Positions 51,819 through 64,000 of a DNA stretch of 64,000 bases are shown one piece after another (position 1 is the first letter of the stretch; the number at the start of each line of letters is the position of its first letter). The stretch lies in the NCBI RefSeq assembly GCF_001194135.2, contig NC_068990.1, positions 94,094,370-94,158,369 on the forward strand. Direction: 5' to 3'. Below the pieces are notes generated by a model. The model had not been told where the DNA came from. It did no database searches and was given only the letters and a program-made list of their open reading frames with translations. The position numbers and the translations under genes were made by a program. The stretch is from Octopus bimaculoides (lineage: Eukaryota).

Positions 51819-51866
51819 TTAACATGTTTTGAGTCGGCTGAGTTGAAAAACATCAACGTTTTCAGG
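51819..51866 (+). CDS. Weak candidate 48-nt exon (LTCFESAELKNINVFR)
   Basis: Donor AGG|GTAAGA, modest acceptor, only phase 0 is open, two CpGs; phase-compatible with 62993-63109. Confidence 0.2.
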
Positions 51867-52149
51867 GTAAGATTGTATTAGTTCATTACTGTGTTTTTGT
51901 TTTGTTTTTACTAACAATCTTTCCTTTGCATATTGCCTGTATTTCTGTTATTTTGACTTCATTGGAAAATCCATGGAGTTATAGATATGAGAATTTATTT
52001 AAAAGTTGTTTGTTTGATTTTCAAAGGATGGTGTATCCCAGTTCCCTGTCCTCTACTTCGTCTTCTTTGTTATTTTGTATCATTATTGTTTTATGAAAGT
52101 TAATCTTCTTCATCCTGTTCTTTTATGTTGACTTTTCCTCTTTTGAGAT

Positions 52150-52760
52150 TATTTTTCCTTGTTTTTCCTTTAGTTTTCCTTTGACAGTTTGTACGTTTTC
52201 TTCAACACTACTCCTTTCTTGTCACATGATAACGGGGTGGTGGTACGAATGGTTGTTTCTGTTTGGAGACAGGATGTGTGTGGCTGTTTCTAAAGCAATT
52301 TCTCTTGTCACATCAGTTTTGAATGATGGAGCTCTGGAAATCAGGGTCTGTTGTTCTTGTAGTTTCAGCTGGTCTCTATTTCTTTCCGTTCTAGTCTTCT
52401 GGCCAAGGATTTCGAGTTCATCAGGGCAAGTTTTTCTTATTACAATAAGTGTTACTAACTAAGCTTTTTTGCCTTGTATCATCAATCTTATGTCTTTTGT
52501 CTTTTGACACTCAAATGGGTACAGTTCTGGCATAGCTTTGTGGCCTTTGAAAATTTGTAGAGTTTGCAAATCTATTTTGATGACCCCTGGTCTCATGTTA
52601 CCCCTTGTTTGCCCTGCTTTAACCATTTACCCATACAGCAACATGAAAGTGATGAAGAATTATTGACCTACACCACTTTTGATGCCTCTTATCCTCACTC
52701 TTGTATTTCTTCATCCCATGTAATAGGACACAAACATCATGTCTAACAATTTCAGTCTGT
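52150..52760 (-). mobile_element. Possible degenerate LINE ORF1 (gag-like zinc-knuckle region)
   Basis: Residual GHKA...VP(I)C...H..DD and CP..LEILARRL-like traces across frameshifts; weak. Confidence 0.3.
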
Positions 52761-53221
52761 GTTTTTTGGCTGACTCTTTGATTTTGAAATTACAGTAGAT
52801 AGTGCCATAACATCTTCCTTTTATGATTGAAAGGATTTTTTCTGAAATATCCTGAAGAATTTGTTGTAATTCCTATCATGAGGATAGATTCAGTTTGGTG
52901 CCATCTTTTCTAAAGCACAGATATATAATTTTTTCTTTGCTCTTTTTTAGATTAGATACTGTGGCTAAGAAACACTGTTTGGTATTATAAAAGTCTTCTT
53001 TTTTTTTATTTGGGACTGAGTGTAAAAATTCTATTTGTTCTGTTTGCTGTATAAGTGAAGCAAGAATAACATTAAGACAGTTACTAAATGAGCAATTTTA
53101 AGTAGAAATGTTAGTGTTTTTGTTGCTGGTATTGTTATCTTCAAAATTACCTGTTAAACTGTTTGAAATATTTTTTCATATTAATTGCTTAGTTAAATGT
53201 TTGTTTTTCTCTTTTTTGTTT

Positions 53222-53252
<31 letters not shown>

Positions 53253-53559
53253 NNNNNNNNNNTTTTTTTTTTTTTTTTTTTTTGCTTTTGCATTGTTTTT
53301 TTTCTTTGCTACCTGTTGCAATATTTTGTTGTGTATTATTTCATTTGGTAACCATTTTGAAAGTTAAAATGTCATGTATCTAAATAAATAAGAAAAAGTC
53401 TGTAAAAACAAAGCTTCTTTCTTATTGTTTATGCCTCAGGCAGGCTTTCCTTAGAATAATAATCCTTTTTTAGCAAATACTCCAAAGAAAATTTCATTTG
53501 GTAATGCTATAAATATGGTTTAGGTTTAAAGTGAAGCGAAATGAACACAGATATGCATG

Positions 53560-54339
53560 TTTCAAGAACCATGAAATAGTGAAAGTAGTCAAGAAGAGAA
53601 AAAGAAGATGATAAGAAAAATTGCTGGAAAGAAAGAATCACAAGGCTAATTCAAGCAAAAAAGCTGAGAAAGTTGTGAGTAAAGAATGCTGTTTGGTTAT
53701 GGCTGACATGGAAACCTGAAATGGGAGACTGAAAGCTAATCAAAGCATTTAGGAACAAGCCATTAGAATGAATTTGATAAAGACAAGATTGATAAGACTT
53801 GGAGAATAAATGCAGAATGTGTGGAAAAGGGGACAAATATATTAACCATTTCCTAAGTGAGTAGCTAGCACATATCGAGTAGACACATAGGTATGACGGT
53901 GCCAGCAAAAGAGTACATTAGGATTGAAAATGATGGGAAAATGGTACAAATACGAGCCAGAGGTCATTGTGGTGAAACAGTAACTACAGGAGTTTATGGA
54001 ACATCTCCATAGAGATTTACAATTGGAGCAAATAGACAAGATATGATTATAGAGGACAGAGAAAACAAACGGTGTATGGCCATAGACTTTGCAATACCAT
54101 AGTAGAGAGGATGCCAAAGAAATTGAGAAAAATCAGACAAAATCAGAGAGATGAGATTGTGAAAGACGAAAGTAATAACTGTCCCTTTTGTAATTGACGT
54201 ACTCAGCATAACAACCAAACTGCTACCTAAGGGGCTGAAGGCCTTTGGAATTGAGACATGTGTTGTTAACCTGCAGAAAAGTGCCATCCTGTATTCTGCA
54301 AGATTCCTAAGAAAGATTCTGGAGATTCAAGAAGACTAA
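53560..54339 (+). mobile_element. R4/Dong-like LINE 3' end: CCHC zinc knuckle and restriction-like endonuclease
   Basis: CRMCGKGDKYINHFLSE (53811 on), KWYKYEPEV, NRQDMIIEDRENKRCMAIDFAIP (54031-54099), LQKSAILYSARFLRKILEIQED* (stop 54337-54339). Confidence 0.8.
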
Positions 54340-54545
54340 GAACAGGGTGGAAGAAACTTAATTGATGTGGAAGAGTGTGAACAGATGGAAAGAAAAAAAC
54401 CTACTAGAATATTTACAGAACAGCAGAGAGAAACTATTGAAGACAGTGAATAAGGAAGAGGTGATCAAGTGTGAAATAGGGGAGAAGGACAAGAATGAAA
54501 TTCAAAGAGAACCCATTAGATAGATTGAAGAGAAACCTCTGCAAA
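54340..54545 (+). mobile_element. Second R4/Dong-like fragment (post-RT GGRGL region)
   Basis: GGRNLIDVEECEQME...LLEYLQNSREKLLKTVNKEE...EEKPLQ, cut by a family A SINE at about 54546. Confidence 0.65.
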
Positions 54546-54784
54546 GAATGAAAGGCAAAGTTGACCTCGGCAGAATTTGAATTCAGAATGTAGCAACAGG
54601 TAAAATACTGCTAATCATTTTACCCAATGTGCTAACATTTCTGCAGTCAGTTCATAGATTTGCTAAAGGGATCAGTATGAGATTTGTCTGAGAAAAATTG
54701 CCAAGGTGACTAACGAAGAGAGGAAAATTAATGAAGAACACTAATATCATGTTACATAAGGAAACTGAGTAAATAGAATTTGAC

Positions 54785-54920
54785 CAATTACAAATTCACA
54801 AATATTTAGGAATCAGTGAACTTATCAGTGTACAATACATATAAATGAAAGAAAAGACTAAAAAGAAATAGAAATGCAATAGATTAATGCTTAAAACAGA
54901 GTCAGATATAAAAGATTAGG
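54785..54920 (+). mobile_element. Third R4/Dong-like fragment (YKYLG region)
   Basis: HKYLGISE...MKEKTKKK...RLMLKTES. Confidence 0.55.
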
Positions 54921-54925
54921 TAATA

Positions 54926-56000
54926 TGAGGGTCAGCTGAAAAGTTCATAGGCTGACCAAGATACTCTCATGGAATATGACCAAATGGGGTTTATTTTTCA
55001 ACATAGATCCCTTTGCAGTCCACACACTTCTTCATTGGTTTTGAAGTGCTTGGATTCCATTGGTGAAGAAGCTTTCATCCTGTTGCTCGAGAAAGTCATC
55101 AACATCAGATATGACATCATCATCATCATCATCACTGTGATTCTGGTTCCCAACCAAGTGTTTTTTTTTCATGTTGAGGAAGAGATGATAGTCAGATGGA
55201 GCCTAATCAGGGGAATAGAGAGGCTGATCAACCAGTTCAAAGCCACAGACATGCACAGGCAGCCACTGAAACGAAGGGCTTGCATACTGGAATGTTGTTC
55301 TAAGGAATCAAGACCCCTTTTGTCAGTTTTCCTGGGCTTTTGGTTTTGATAGTTTTTCATAACTGTCTCAGCAAGTTGGTTTAGTAGTCTCCTATTGATG
55401 GTGTGGCCCTTTTGAAGAGAGTCAATGAACACAATGCTTTTTGCATCCCAAAAACTGAGGCCATCACCTTCCCTGCAGATGGAACTACCTTGGCCTTCTT
55501 TAGAGCAGGTGAAGAGGGGGTATTTCCCTGACATGCATTGTCCATTTGTCTCTGGCTCAAAGTGATGAACTGAAAACTCATCCTGGCTTAGGAATTGTTG
55601 TGCTTTTGATCATGTGGCAGCCACTGCTGAACAGAAACCACTGAACAGAAATTCCTTGTGCAGAATATTCTCAACTCTCTCAGAAGATATGCTAACAGCA
55701 TTGGCCATTTGATTTATAATCAATTGAATGTCATCCACCAGCATGTAGTGAACACAATGTTTTCCTCAGTGGTGGCAGTTGCAGGATGTCCAGACTTGGG
55801 TCATCTTTCAGACTCTCCATTCCCCTCCTACATTTAGCTGCCCACTTTTGCACTGTTGATACAGCTAGAGTGTCATCCCTAAATGTAGCAACCATGTCAG
55901 CGTGAATGTCCTTGGAGGTTAAATCTTTTTCCTGTTGGTACTTCATAACACCATGATGCCAAATTTTGTCGATTGTCAGAAGTTGTTATTACTTACTTTT
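54926..56000 (-). mobile_element. Degenerate mariner transposon
   Basis: TA + TGAGGGTCAGCTGAAAAGTTC terminus at 54924-54946; DIHADMVATFRDD...TVQKWAAKCRRGMESLKDDP (HTH), KKAKVVPSAGKVMASVFWDAK, PLYSPD*APSDYH; no matching TIR found at the other end. Confidence 0.9.
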
Positions 56001-56139
56001 GAAGTCTTCTTTGAAGAGTCAGATGTCAGTTTACCTGGAAAGAAACAATACAGATATTTAATAAGAAAAGCAAAATAGTAACAATGACAAAAAATCAGAG
56101 TTCTGTTCAGTAACGCACTAAAAGCATGAAATAATATTG

Positions 56140-56582
56140 TAGGTCGAAGGCCTGAAATTCTGTGTGAGGGGTCTTGTTTATTACATCAACCCTAGAGCTC
56201 AACTGATATATATTTTATTGATCCTGAAAGAATAAAAGACAGATTATACCTTGGTAGAATTTGAAACCAAATGTAAAACCAGAAGAAACGCTGCTAAGAA
56301 TTTTGTTTGGTGCAGCAACAATTCTGCCAGCTTGCTACCTTAAAGCATACAATAATAATAATTGCTTCAAATTTTGGCACAGGGCCAGCAATTTTAGCGG
56401 TAGTGAGGGATAGATGATTACATTGACCCCAGCACTTGACTGGTACTTTATTTTATTAAATGCTAGAAGATGAAAGATGAAGTTAATCTTAGCAGAATTT
56501 GAACTCAGAATCCAATGAGTCAGAAGAAATACTGCAAAACCGTTTTATCTGACCATCTAATGATTCCACCAGTTCACTGTCT
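56140..56582 (-). mobile_element. Two tandem SINE family A copies (about 56140-56342 and 56365-56582)
   Basis: Both carry the TTACAT(C/T)(A/G)ACCC...ACTG...GAATTTGAA core. Confidence 0.75.
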
Positions 56583-57756
56583 TTACAGCTCCTGCTACTA
56601 ATACTGATGATGATGATGATCATCATCATCATCATCATCATTTCTGTTAGTTTTGTTTAATAATAACAATCTTTACCTTACTTTAATTTACTTACTACAT
56701 CTATTAACAACAACAACAACAAGACAGAAAAAAAGGAGCATATGTAACACAGAAAAAGAAAAAAGAACCAAGTTGTAAGTTTTGTTGCAGATATTTCAGC
56801 TGTATTTAGTTGATAATTCTAAATAAAGGCATTTTGAATGTAATTAATATCATAGTACCTTTAGCAGCTGGAAGATTCTAATAAAATACTGATTATAGTC
56901 AGCTTAGGATATAAAGAAATAAATTGACATCAATAAACTAAAGTCGTAGGTAGAAAGCTTTTGATTCTTGAAGGAAATAAAATTAAAAAATGATTCTATA
57001 AAAAACGCATTCAGTAACGGTTTTAAAATTTATTGGTAAATGACTTTGTGTATTCTAATATCTTGTATGTAGGAAATAGATGAGACTTTTTATGAATTCC
57101 TTTTGACTGAGCATTAAGGTAATCAGAAATATAACTGAGTGATTTATAAAAAAATTTACCAACTTCATGGGAATAAAAGGTATGGTTTGCTCTGGAAGGA
57201 TTTGATCTCTGGATATAGGACATAATTGAATAACTCTAGTGCCATACCATTTTCTGCCAACTCAAATATTCACTCTAAATGAATTTCTTACAAACATGTT
57301 TCACAGTAAGCAAGCAATAACAAAATTTAAGGTTCTGAAAAAGTAACTAATCCCTGTATTTTAATTAATGTCAATATGCAAGATTTGCTGTCAAATATCT
57401 TTTACAGTAAATTAAAATATAGGGATTAATTTCATGCACACACACACATCATCATCATCATCATCATTAACGTCCACTTTTCCATGCTTGCATGGATAAA
57501 AACAGAATTTATTGAGAGAAATTTTCTCTGGCTGGATGCCCTTCCTGTTGCCAACCCTCACCTGTTGGTAGCCTTATTCTGCTACTATTCCAACACACAC
57601 ACACACACACATAGAGATTATTCCTGTTGCAAACAATGACCTGCTGCTATGTTAGACATTGGTAGAATAGCTTGATGTGCCAGCACTAAGTGGCTGATAA
57701 ATTATGCGTGAAGCTAGTGAAATACTTGTGGCGATTGAACGGTGCCGTAAAACAGA

Positions 57757-57786
57757 AGATAAGCACTTACAATAAGTGCCTTATCT
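57757..57786. promoter_or_regulatory. Palindrome of inverted GATA and NK-type homeodomain sites
   Basis: AGATAAG-CACTTA-caa-TAAGTG-c-CTTATCT: 13-bp stem, one bulged C, 3-nt loop, inside a small CpG-retaining patch (about 57705-57845). Confidence 0.4.
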
Positions 57787-58027
57787 AAGGAGAGGAAATG
57801 ACAGGCCCTCTGGAGCAATAGATACGTAGTTCGAGTACGAGTTCTGGACTCAGTTCTCTTTTCTCTTTCAAATTGCAGCATATAACCTCTAATATCATTT
57901 ACACACGCACACACACACACGCATATTGTTCTAGAATCTTTTCCATGCTTGCATGGGTATGCATGTATGTACATACACACACACACACACACACAATTAC
58001 ACACATGCATATACACATACACATGTA

Positions 58028-58063
<36 letters not shown>

Positions 58064-58064
<1 letters not shown>

Positions 58065-58625
58065 TAGGTTGTCCGGAAAATTCTGAGTGTTTTTTAATAT
58101 GCAAAAAAGGGATATAAATAATTGACCTTTCAATAAATTTTATTCAATGAAATAATTTCCATTATCATTAATGGCCTTGCCCATCTCTCAGGCAATTTAA
58201 ATATTCCATCAGCACAAAATTTGACTGGTTTTGAAGAGAAAAGTTATCTAGATGCATTTTGACCCCATCTAAGTTGTTAAATGTATTTCCTTGCAATGAG
58301 TTCTGTAGAGACAGAAACAAGTGGTAGTCGGATGGTACAATATCAGGAGAATATAATGGATGGGGTAAGAGATCCCAGCCAAGTTCATGTAACTTTGTTC
58401 AGGTAACCAAAAACACATGTGGTCAGGTATTGTCTTGTTGGAACACTACTCTTTTCCTGTTGGCAATCTCCAACCTCAGTTCTTTGATTTTTTGGTTCCA
58501 ATTAGCCAGCTGACAACAATATACATCAGAATCAATGGTCTGGTTTTGTGGGAGCAGCTCATAATAAATAATGCTTTTATGATCCCACCAAAGCATGACT
58601 TTTCTGGAATGGATATTTGTCTTTG
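58064..58625 (-). mobile_element. 5'-truncated mariner (DD34D) remnant inserted at a (TA)n tract
   Basis: TIR-like TTAGGTTGTCCGGAAAA; WWDHKSIIYYELLPQNQTIDSDVYC, QQDNT*PH...LYSPDIVPSDYHLF with 34 residues between the two Ds. Confidence 0.9.
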
Positions 58626-59012
58626 CTTCCTGTTTTGAGGTAGTGTATTTAAAATTTCTTGAAGGAAATCTTTATGCTACAAAATGGTTGATTTAATTAT
58701 TTAATATTGTTCTAAATGTTAACTTAGAAGGAAAATTTTATAAATAGTTTTGTTTATCTGATTTTAAACTCAGTGAAGTTTTCATAATCAATTACTGTGT
58801 GAATGAAACTAACAAAGAAAGACAAAATAAAACCATGAATACATGAATGACTTTCATTGAGGAGGAATTTGATAATATCCTGGATAATTTACGAAACTGG
58901 GGTAAGACGGAATCTGTAGGAGCTTACTAATTATGAGAGTTATTTTTTTTTTAAATTCTTCAAGACATCAAAAGAATTTTTCTAGTATAAAGTTATATGA
59001 TGTGTGTGTGTG

Positions 59013-59071
<59 letters not shown>

Positions 59072-59712
59072 TAACACTGAAATTTGAGCAGTGCAAGTAG
59101 TTTTCTCTGTAGCTTGAACCAAATTAGTTGTGAATGGTATGCTGGATAGGCAACATGAGCTCAAAGGATAAACTAAGTTGTGAGATCTCAACTTAAAATA
59201 TATTTAGGAATTACAAATATCAAGTGCAGCTTATACTAGAAAATAATCAAGTGTTTTCACTGTGGAGAAATAATGGTGAGAACTGGGTTAGCAAATGCCT
59301 TAAACATGTGCTTATTAGTTATGGAGAGTGAAGTAGACAAGAGAGAATTGGTTGAAGTATAGGTTGACCTGAGAAAACTGCAAGTTTGACATAGAAATTA
59401 AACAGGGAAAAACTGTAATTGAAAAAAAAGGGTACTAATGTATCAACAGATTTTTGTTTCTAATTTCTTAACAGATTACTTTAATCAGATCATTTCTTTT
59501 ATTCCACAAGTTTCAGGAAAAACAACAAAACAACAGAGTACAAAGTATATTATTGAATGGAAGAAACAGGAACATATAAATTTTTAAAATTTTTTTATCA
59601 TTTTTACTTCTTCTAACAAAGGGTTATGACTCTGGATCCTCTCCACTTGACCAACAATGTATGATTAAATCTATCATCTATGAGACAGAAGCATGGAAAA
59701 GCAGATGTTAAC

Positions 59713-59755
<43 letters not shown>

Positions 59756-60570
59756 GATGATGACTGATGATGATGATGATTGATGATGACTGATGATGAT
59801 CAATGCCATCTTAAAGACTGGGCAGTTGCTTGAGGTTTCTAAGTGTTTACAGGACCCAAAACTAATTTATCGATATTGTGATGGTTTATGCAAAAGCTCC
59901 AAGACATTGCTTTACTCAGAGTTTGATAAAGCTGTTCCTCCTTTTGATACCATCTCATCCAAGACTGTCCCAGGTTCTTTGATTACAAAGTCAGGTAAAT
60001 TATGACATCCCATGAAAATTCCAAGTTAATTTACATTCTAAATGCCAGCTTTACCCTAACAATCGTTTTACGAATTTCTTCATAATTTTCAGAATTAATT
60101 GAAAGCAATGCAGTGTATTTCAATAGAAATATGGTAAGTGAAGGATTAAGACAGCTCTGATTGTGAGCACATTTCTTTTTTCATTTCCTTACATAATATA
60201 TTGGTCATAAAATGAAGTTTATGTCTTGTATTACATGGTAAATATGGTGAGGCCTTAGCAACACTTTTAATAAAAACAACTCATATGTCTGCTTAAAATT
60301 GCTTTTTATTAGTTTTTTAACATACTAACAACAAAAATGGACATATTTCTAACAGTATCTTTTCTTCTCTTTTTCGTTGCGAAAAAGAAAAACTTGGTTT
60401 GAAATGCTACTGTGGTACATTTTCTCTTTTATTTTTCATTATCTTCTAATTTACTTGTTAATTTTTTTTTTTTTTTTGATACAGTTAGGAACTTCCTGCC
60501 ATATGGCATCATCTTTCCATCACAGTGTTGATTTTCTTATCTAATGACATGTCTTTTTTTCTTTTCATAT

Positions 60571-60574
60571 GTGT

Positions 60575-60655
<81 letters not shown>
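60571..60655 (+). repeat. (GT)n microsatellite, representative of dozens of (CA/GT)n, (TA)n and (TAA)n tracts
   Basis: Direct reading. Confidence 0.95.
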
Positions 60656-60657
<2 letters not shown>

Positions 60658-62564
60658 TGATTTAAGTTTATCTAATACTCCATAACTGCCCCCATCAATG
60701 AATCTCGTGTCATCCTGCCCCTTTCTTATGTCACATTAGAAACTGAAGCAGAATTAAACTTAAATCGCAGCTTAGAAAGCCTGTCTATGTCCTTGACCCA
60801 AACAACTCCGTTTGACATTTAAACTTGAATTACCAAGGTCAACAAGGTTTAAATTGCATTTTCCTTTTAATAGAATTTGTCCTAACTCTTAACTCTAGAT
60901 ACAACTGCATTTAGAACGGTAACTAGGCAGACAGTAAAAAATAATTCTATTTTTCATATTACTCTTTACAATCAACTTTTTAGACTAGTTTGAAACATAA
61001 AAGCAATAGATGCGATGAAAGTTTATTTACATAATTAGAATATATGATGTATACGAGTGTATGTGTATATGTGTGTGTGTGTATCTAAATGTTTGTTTAC
61101 ATTTATGCTTCTCTAAAAATTGTTGAGCTACAAGTGGTGGTATTGCTGTCATTTCTACTATCAACAAAATGTCTACTGGATCAGCACTTTTAAAGACGTG
61201 CAGAATATGAGGCACCTAACTTGAAAACATGTAAAGGTTAGTAACAGGAATGATATCTGGCAGTAAAAGAATGCTGCAATATTTTCATCTAACCCATGCT
61301 ACCATAGAAAAACGGATGTAAGAATATATGAAAACAAAAGAAAACACTAAAAACATGACCGTGTCCTAGTTCTGTTTTTTGCTTCATCAATGGATATTTT
61401 TTCATGAGTTCCTTGCAATTTGTTTAGAAGTGTAAAGTCTCTAAATGCACCATCAACTTACCCATACTATTGCTGCACCACAAAAAAGCACCACCCAGTG
61501 TACTCTGCAAAGTGGTTGACGTTTAGAAGGGCATCTAGTAATAGAAACCATACCAAATCTGACATGGGGGCTTGTTAAGGTCCTCCGGCTTAACTACCCA
61601 ACCTGTGCCTGTATGGAAGACAGACATTAAAGGATAATGAGGGGGATATATACACATGCATATCGATAGAAAAAAAAAAAGTAGCTTATTGTATAGAATG
61701 CTCAGATGCATTACAACTTGTCAGAAGAGAGTAAAAGAGGGGACAGGAAAGCAAGAAATCATAGCTAAAAGTACATTCATGGGACAAGGGATAAAACACA
61801 TGAAGAGACAAAAATGAATTGCAAAAGAACAATAAAAGGAGTGACATAGGAATGTCAGGAGTTGGTAAATTTTGAGAAGCATGGAATTTTTAAAAGAGGA
61901 AATGTATGGAAAAGATGGAACTCTATGAAGTTGCTTCAAATTAAAACTGCAGGGAGGAAGGGTAGACTCCATAACCGAAAGCAAAGATGATGTGAAACCG
62001 CTACTTGACAGATCTTCTTCATTCTCTCCCTTTCTCTTCTACTATAAAACACTATGTCCCTTTAGATAAAAGCTAGCCTTTCTCTGTTCAGATCCTCACC
62101 TTTTTTATCTTCTTACTCTGGACATGCATCTTGTGTGCATCACATCCGAGATTTTTCTTCAAACTCTTCACCCAGTCTTTCCTCTGCACAGTTTTACATT
62201 CAGAGGCATGTATTCCATCTTTAATCTGTATAAAAGTGAGACAATGTAAATAGATATATACATAATTTTTTAAAATCTGTAGAAAAACAAGGGATGCAAA
62301 AGGAGTCAAATGTAGTTTCTGACTTGATACAGGCATGTGATGTCTATGAAAGATAGCCATTGGTTAAAAAATTGGCAAATAATTCAAGTAGAAGGAATCA
62401 GCAGCCATGGCAGACCAAAGAAGACATGAGAAGTTGTTGTGAAGTCTTATCTCTGGAATTTGAACATCGTGAAAAATCACAATAAAATGATAAAGAAGTG
62501 TCCTGCCTATGCAGGCATGAATAAAACAGATGTAAAATGATGATGACAACGATGACAGTGATGA

Positions 62565-62588
62565 CACAATGATGATGATGATGATGAC

Positions 62589-62631
<43 letters not shown>

Positions 62632-62660
62632 GTAATGATGGCAGTGGTGGTGAAGATGAT
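62565..62660 (+). repeat. (GAT)n microsatellite, representative of many at family D tails (also 59713-59800)
   Basis: Direct reading; produces the poly-M, poly-H and poly-I ORF artefacts. Confidence 0.95.
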
Positions 62661-62685
62661 GATCATCATGATCATGAAGATACAT

Positions 62686-62725
<40 letters not shown>

Positions 62726-62992
62726 ATACAGAGTGTATTAGATATATACAAATAGATAGAAAACTGAGAAAGTGCCTGCATTTATAAAGAAACTGAACGA
62801 TATAATATATACACACACACAAACTTCTTTGGTGACCTGCCCAGCTTTCCATTCCTCAGCCAATCTTTCATCTAAGAAGCAGCAGTAAATATGCAAGTCA
62901 GCTATTGGTTTATTCGCTCTAATATCAATCTATTCTTGGCCACTTCTGATGCAACCACAACTAACAATTTTTCTTCTTTCTTTTTTTTCCAG

Positions 62993-63109
62993 AGAAGTTA
63001 TGTTGGAAAGCATGCACAGTTTAGCCCGACTATCACTGAGGAATCATACCAAGAGGGAAAGAAAACAGGAAACAACTTCGATGCTATCTCAAATAACTGT
63101 TTCAGGAAG
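62993..63109 (+). CDS. Candidate 117-nt symmetric exon (RSYVGKHAQFSPTITEESYQEGKKTGNNFDAISNNCFRK, or EVMLESMHSLARLSLRNHTKRERKQETTSMLSQITVSG in another frame)
   Basis: Branch point ACTAAC (62960-62965), long pyrimidine tract tttttcttctttcttttttttccAG, donor AAG|GTAGCC; length divisible by 3; two frames open. Confidence 0.45.
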
Positions 63110-63418
63110 GTAGCCATCTGTATAAAACAGGTAGTGAAAAAGAAAACAAAAACGTCAGAGAGATGCTGACATCCTGAAAGAACAAATTTTAGCAGCTCAG
63201 ATCATTAGTACCATGGTTCTCATCTTGAAATACTTTCATTTGCTCCAAGTTAAGTATTTAATAATTTTCATTCTGGATTATGCAATAAAGTAATGGCAAA
63301 TATTCCCTCATTAGCAGAGTTCTTTAAACTTGGCTTTTATCCATTCTAAGTAGTTTGAAAATATTTTGCCATTGACAGTAACTTCTTTCTCATTAGTTTT
63401 TATTGTTACTGGTAATTA

Positions 63419-63475
<57 letters not shown>

Positions 63476-64000
63476 CTGTTTCTAACACTGGTTGAGATGA
63501 AGGAAAAGCATGTGGTACTGAAACTGATTTTAACCATCTTCTCCACATGATGAGTCATCTTCTCACTTATTACTTTGGTTGCCTTAAAACATTTCTCCAA
63601 GACTTTCCTTCTACATAAACACCATCCTTGAATTAGACAGTTCCATATGTCAGGATATTTGTACATGAACAAGTACAGCAAGAAGTATTCATTAAGGCTC
63701 TGGGTCACAGATCCCAAGATCATGCAGTTAAAGCTTGTTACCTCCATTTGCATTGTATTCCAAGCTTGGAAATCATAGATTATGCAGTTAGTATCATTTC
63801 TGTTTTAGGCCCCTAGCAAAGTTAATTCAATTCAGATAGTTATTGAAGCAAAAAACATAGAATACTACAATTTGTCTGGAGCACAATGCTAATACTAAGG
63901 CAAAATGCTACAAGATGCTTTGATCAGTGCAATAATAAAAAAAGAAAAATAATATTGATAGAAAACAGAAAGAACTCGAATATAATGAAATTGGTGAAAT

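Noticed and set aside
1-64000. Prokaryote-type systems (CRISPR arrays, operons, terminators, rRNA)
   Set aside because: No regularly spaced repeat-spacer arrays, no gene-dense coding blocks and no rRNA-like sequence; the window is eukaryotic non-coding or intronic DNA.

Overview
AT-rich, repeat-dense animal genomic DNA with eight N-gaps and very abundant (CA/GT)n, (TA)n, (GAT/CAT)n and (TAA)n microsatellites. The dispersed tRNA-headed SINE families look like those I recall from Octopus genomes (inference, not database-checked). No long ORF and no recognisable protein-coding gene is present, and most of the ORF track is microsatellite, gap or TE-antisense noise. Well supported: (i) a compact housekeeping-type promoter at 1-245 (CCAAT, YY1, ETS x2, NRF1-like x2), probably driving a minus-strand gene that runs off the left edge; (ii) many degenerate transposons, namely two CR1 LINE copies, RTE fragments, R4/Dong-like RLE-LINE fragments, a Penelope-like RT, a DD37D maT element, two mariner remnants, a MITE with long inverted arms and a perfect 8-bp TSD, and TTAA-type MITEs; (iii) a roughly 6 kb CpG-retaining domain at about 39.8-45.7 kb containing promoter-like motifs and clustered splice signals. 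Low-confidence exon candidates occur on both strands. The most unusual local observations are a candidate 3-nt microexon at 43600-43602 (minus), a complex templated insertion plus micro-inversion inside the first CR1 copy, and a GATA/NK-site palindrome at 57757-57786. I found no convincing novel multi-gene system.
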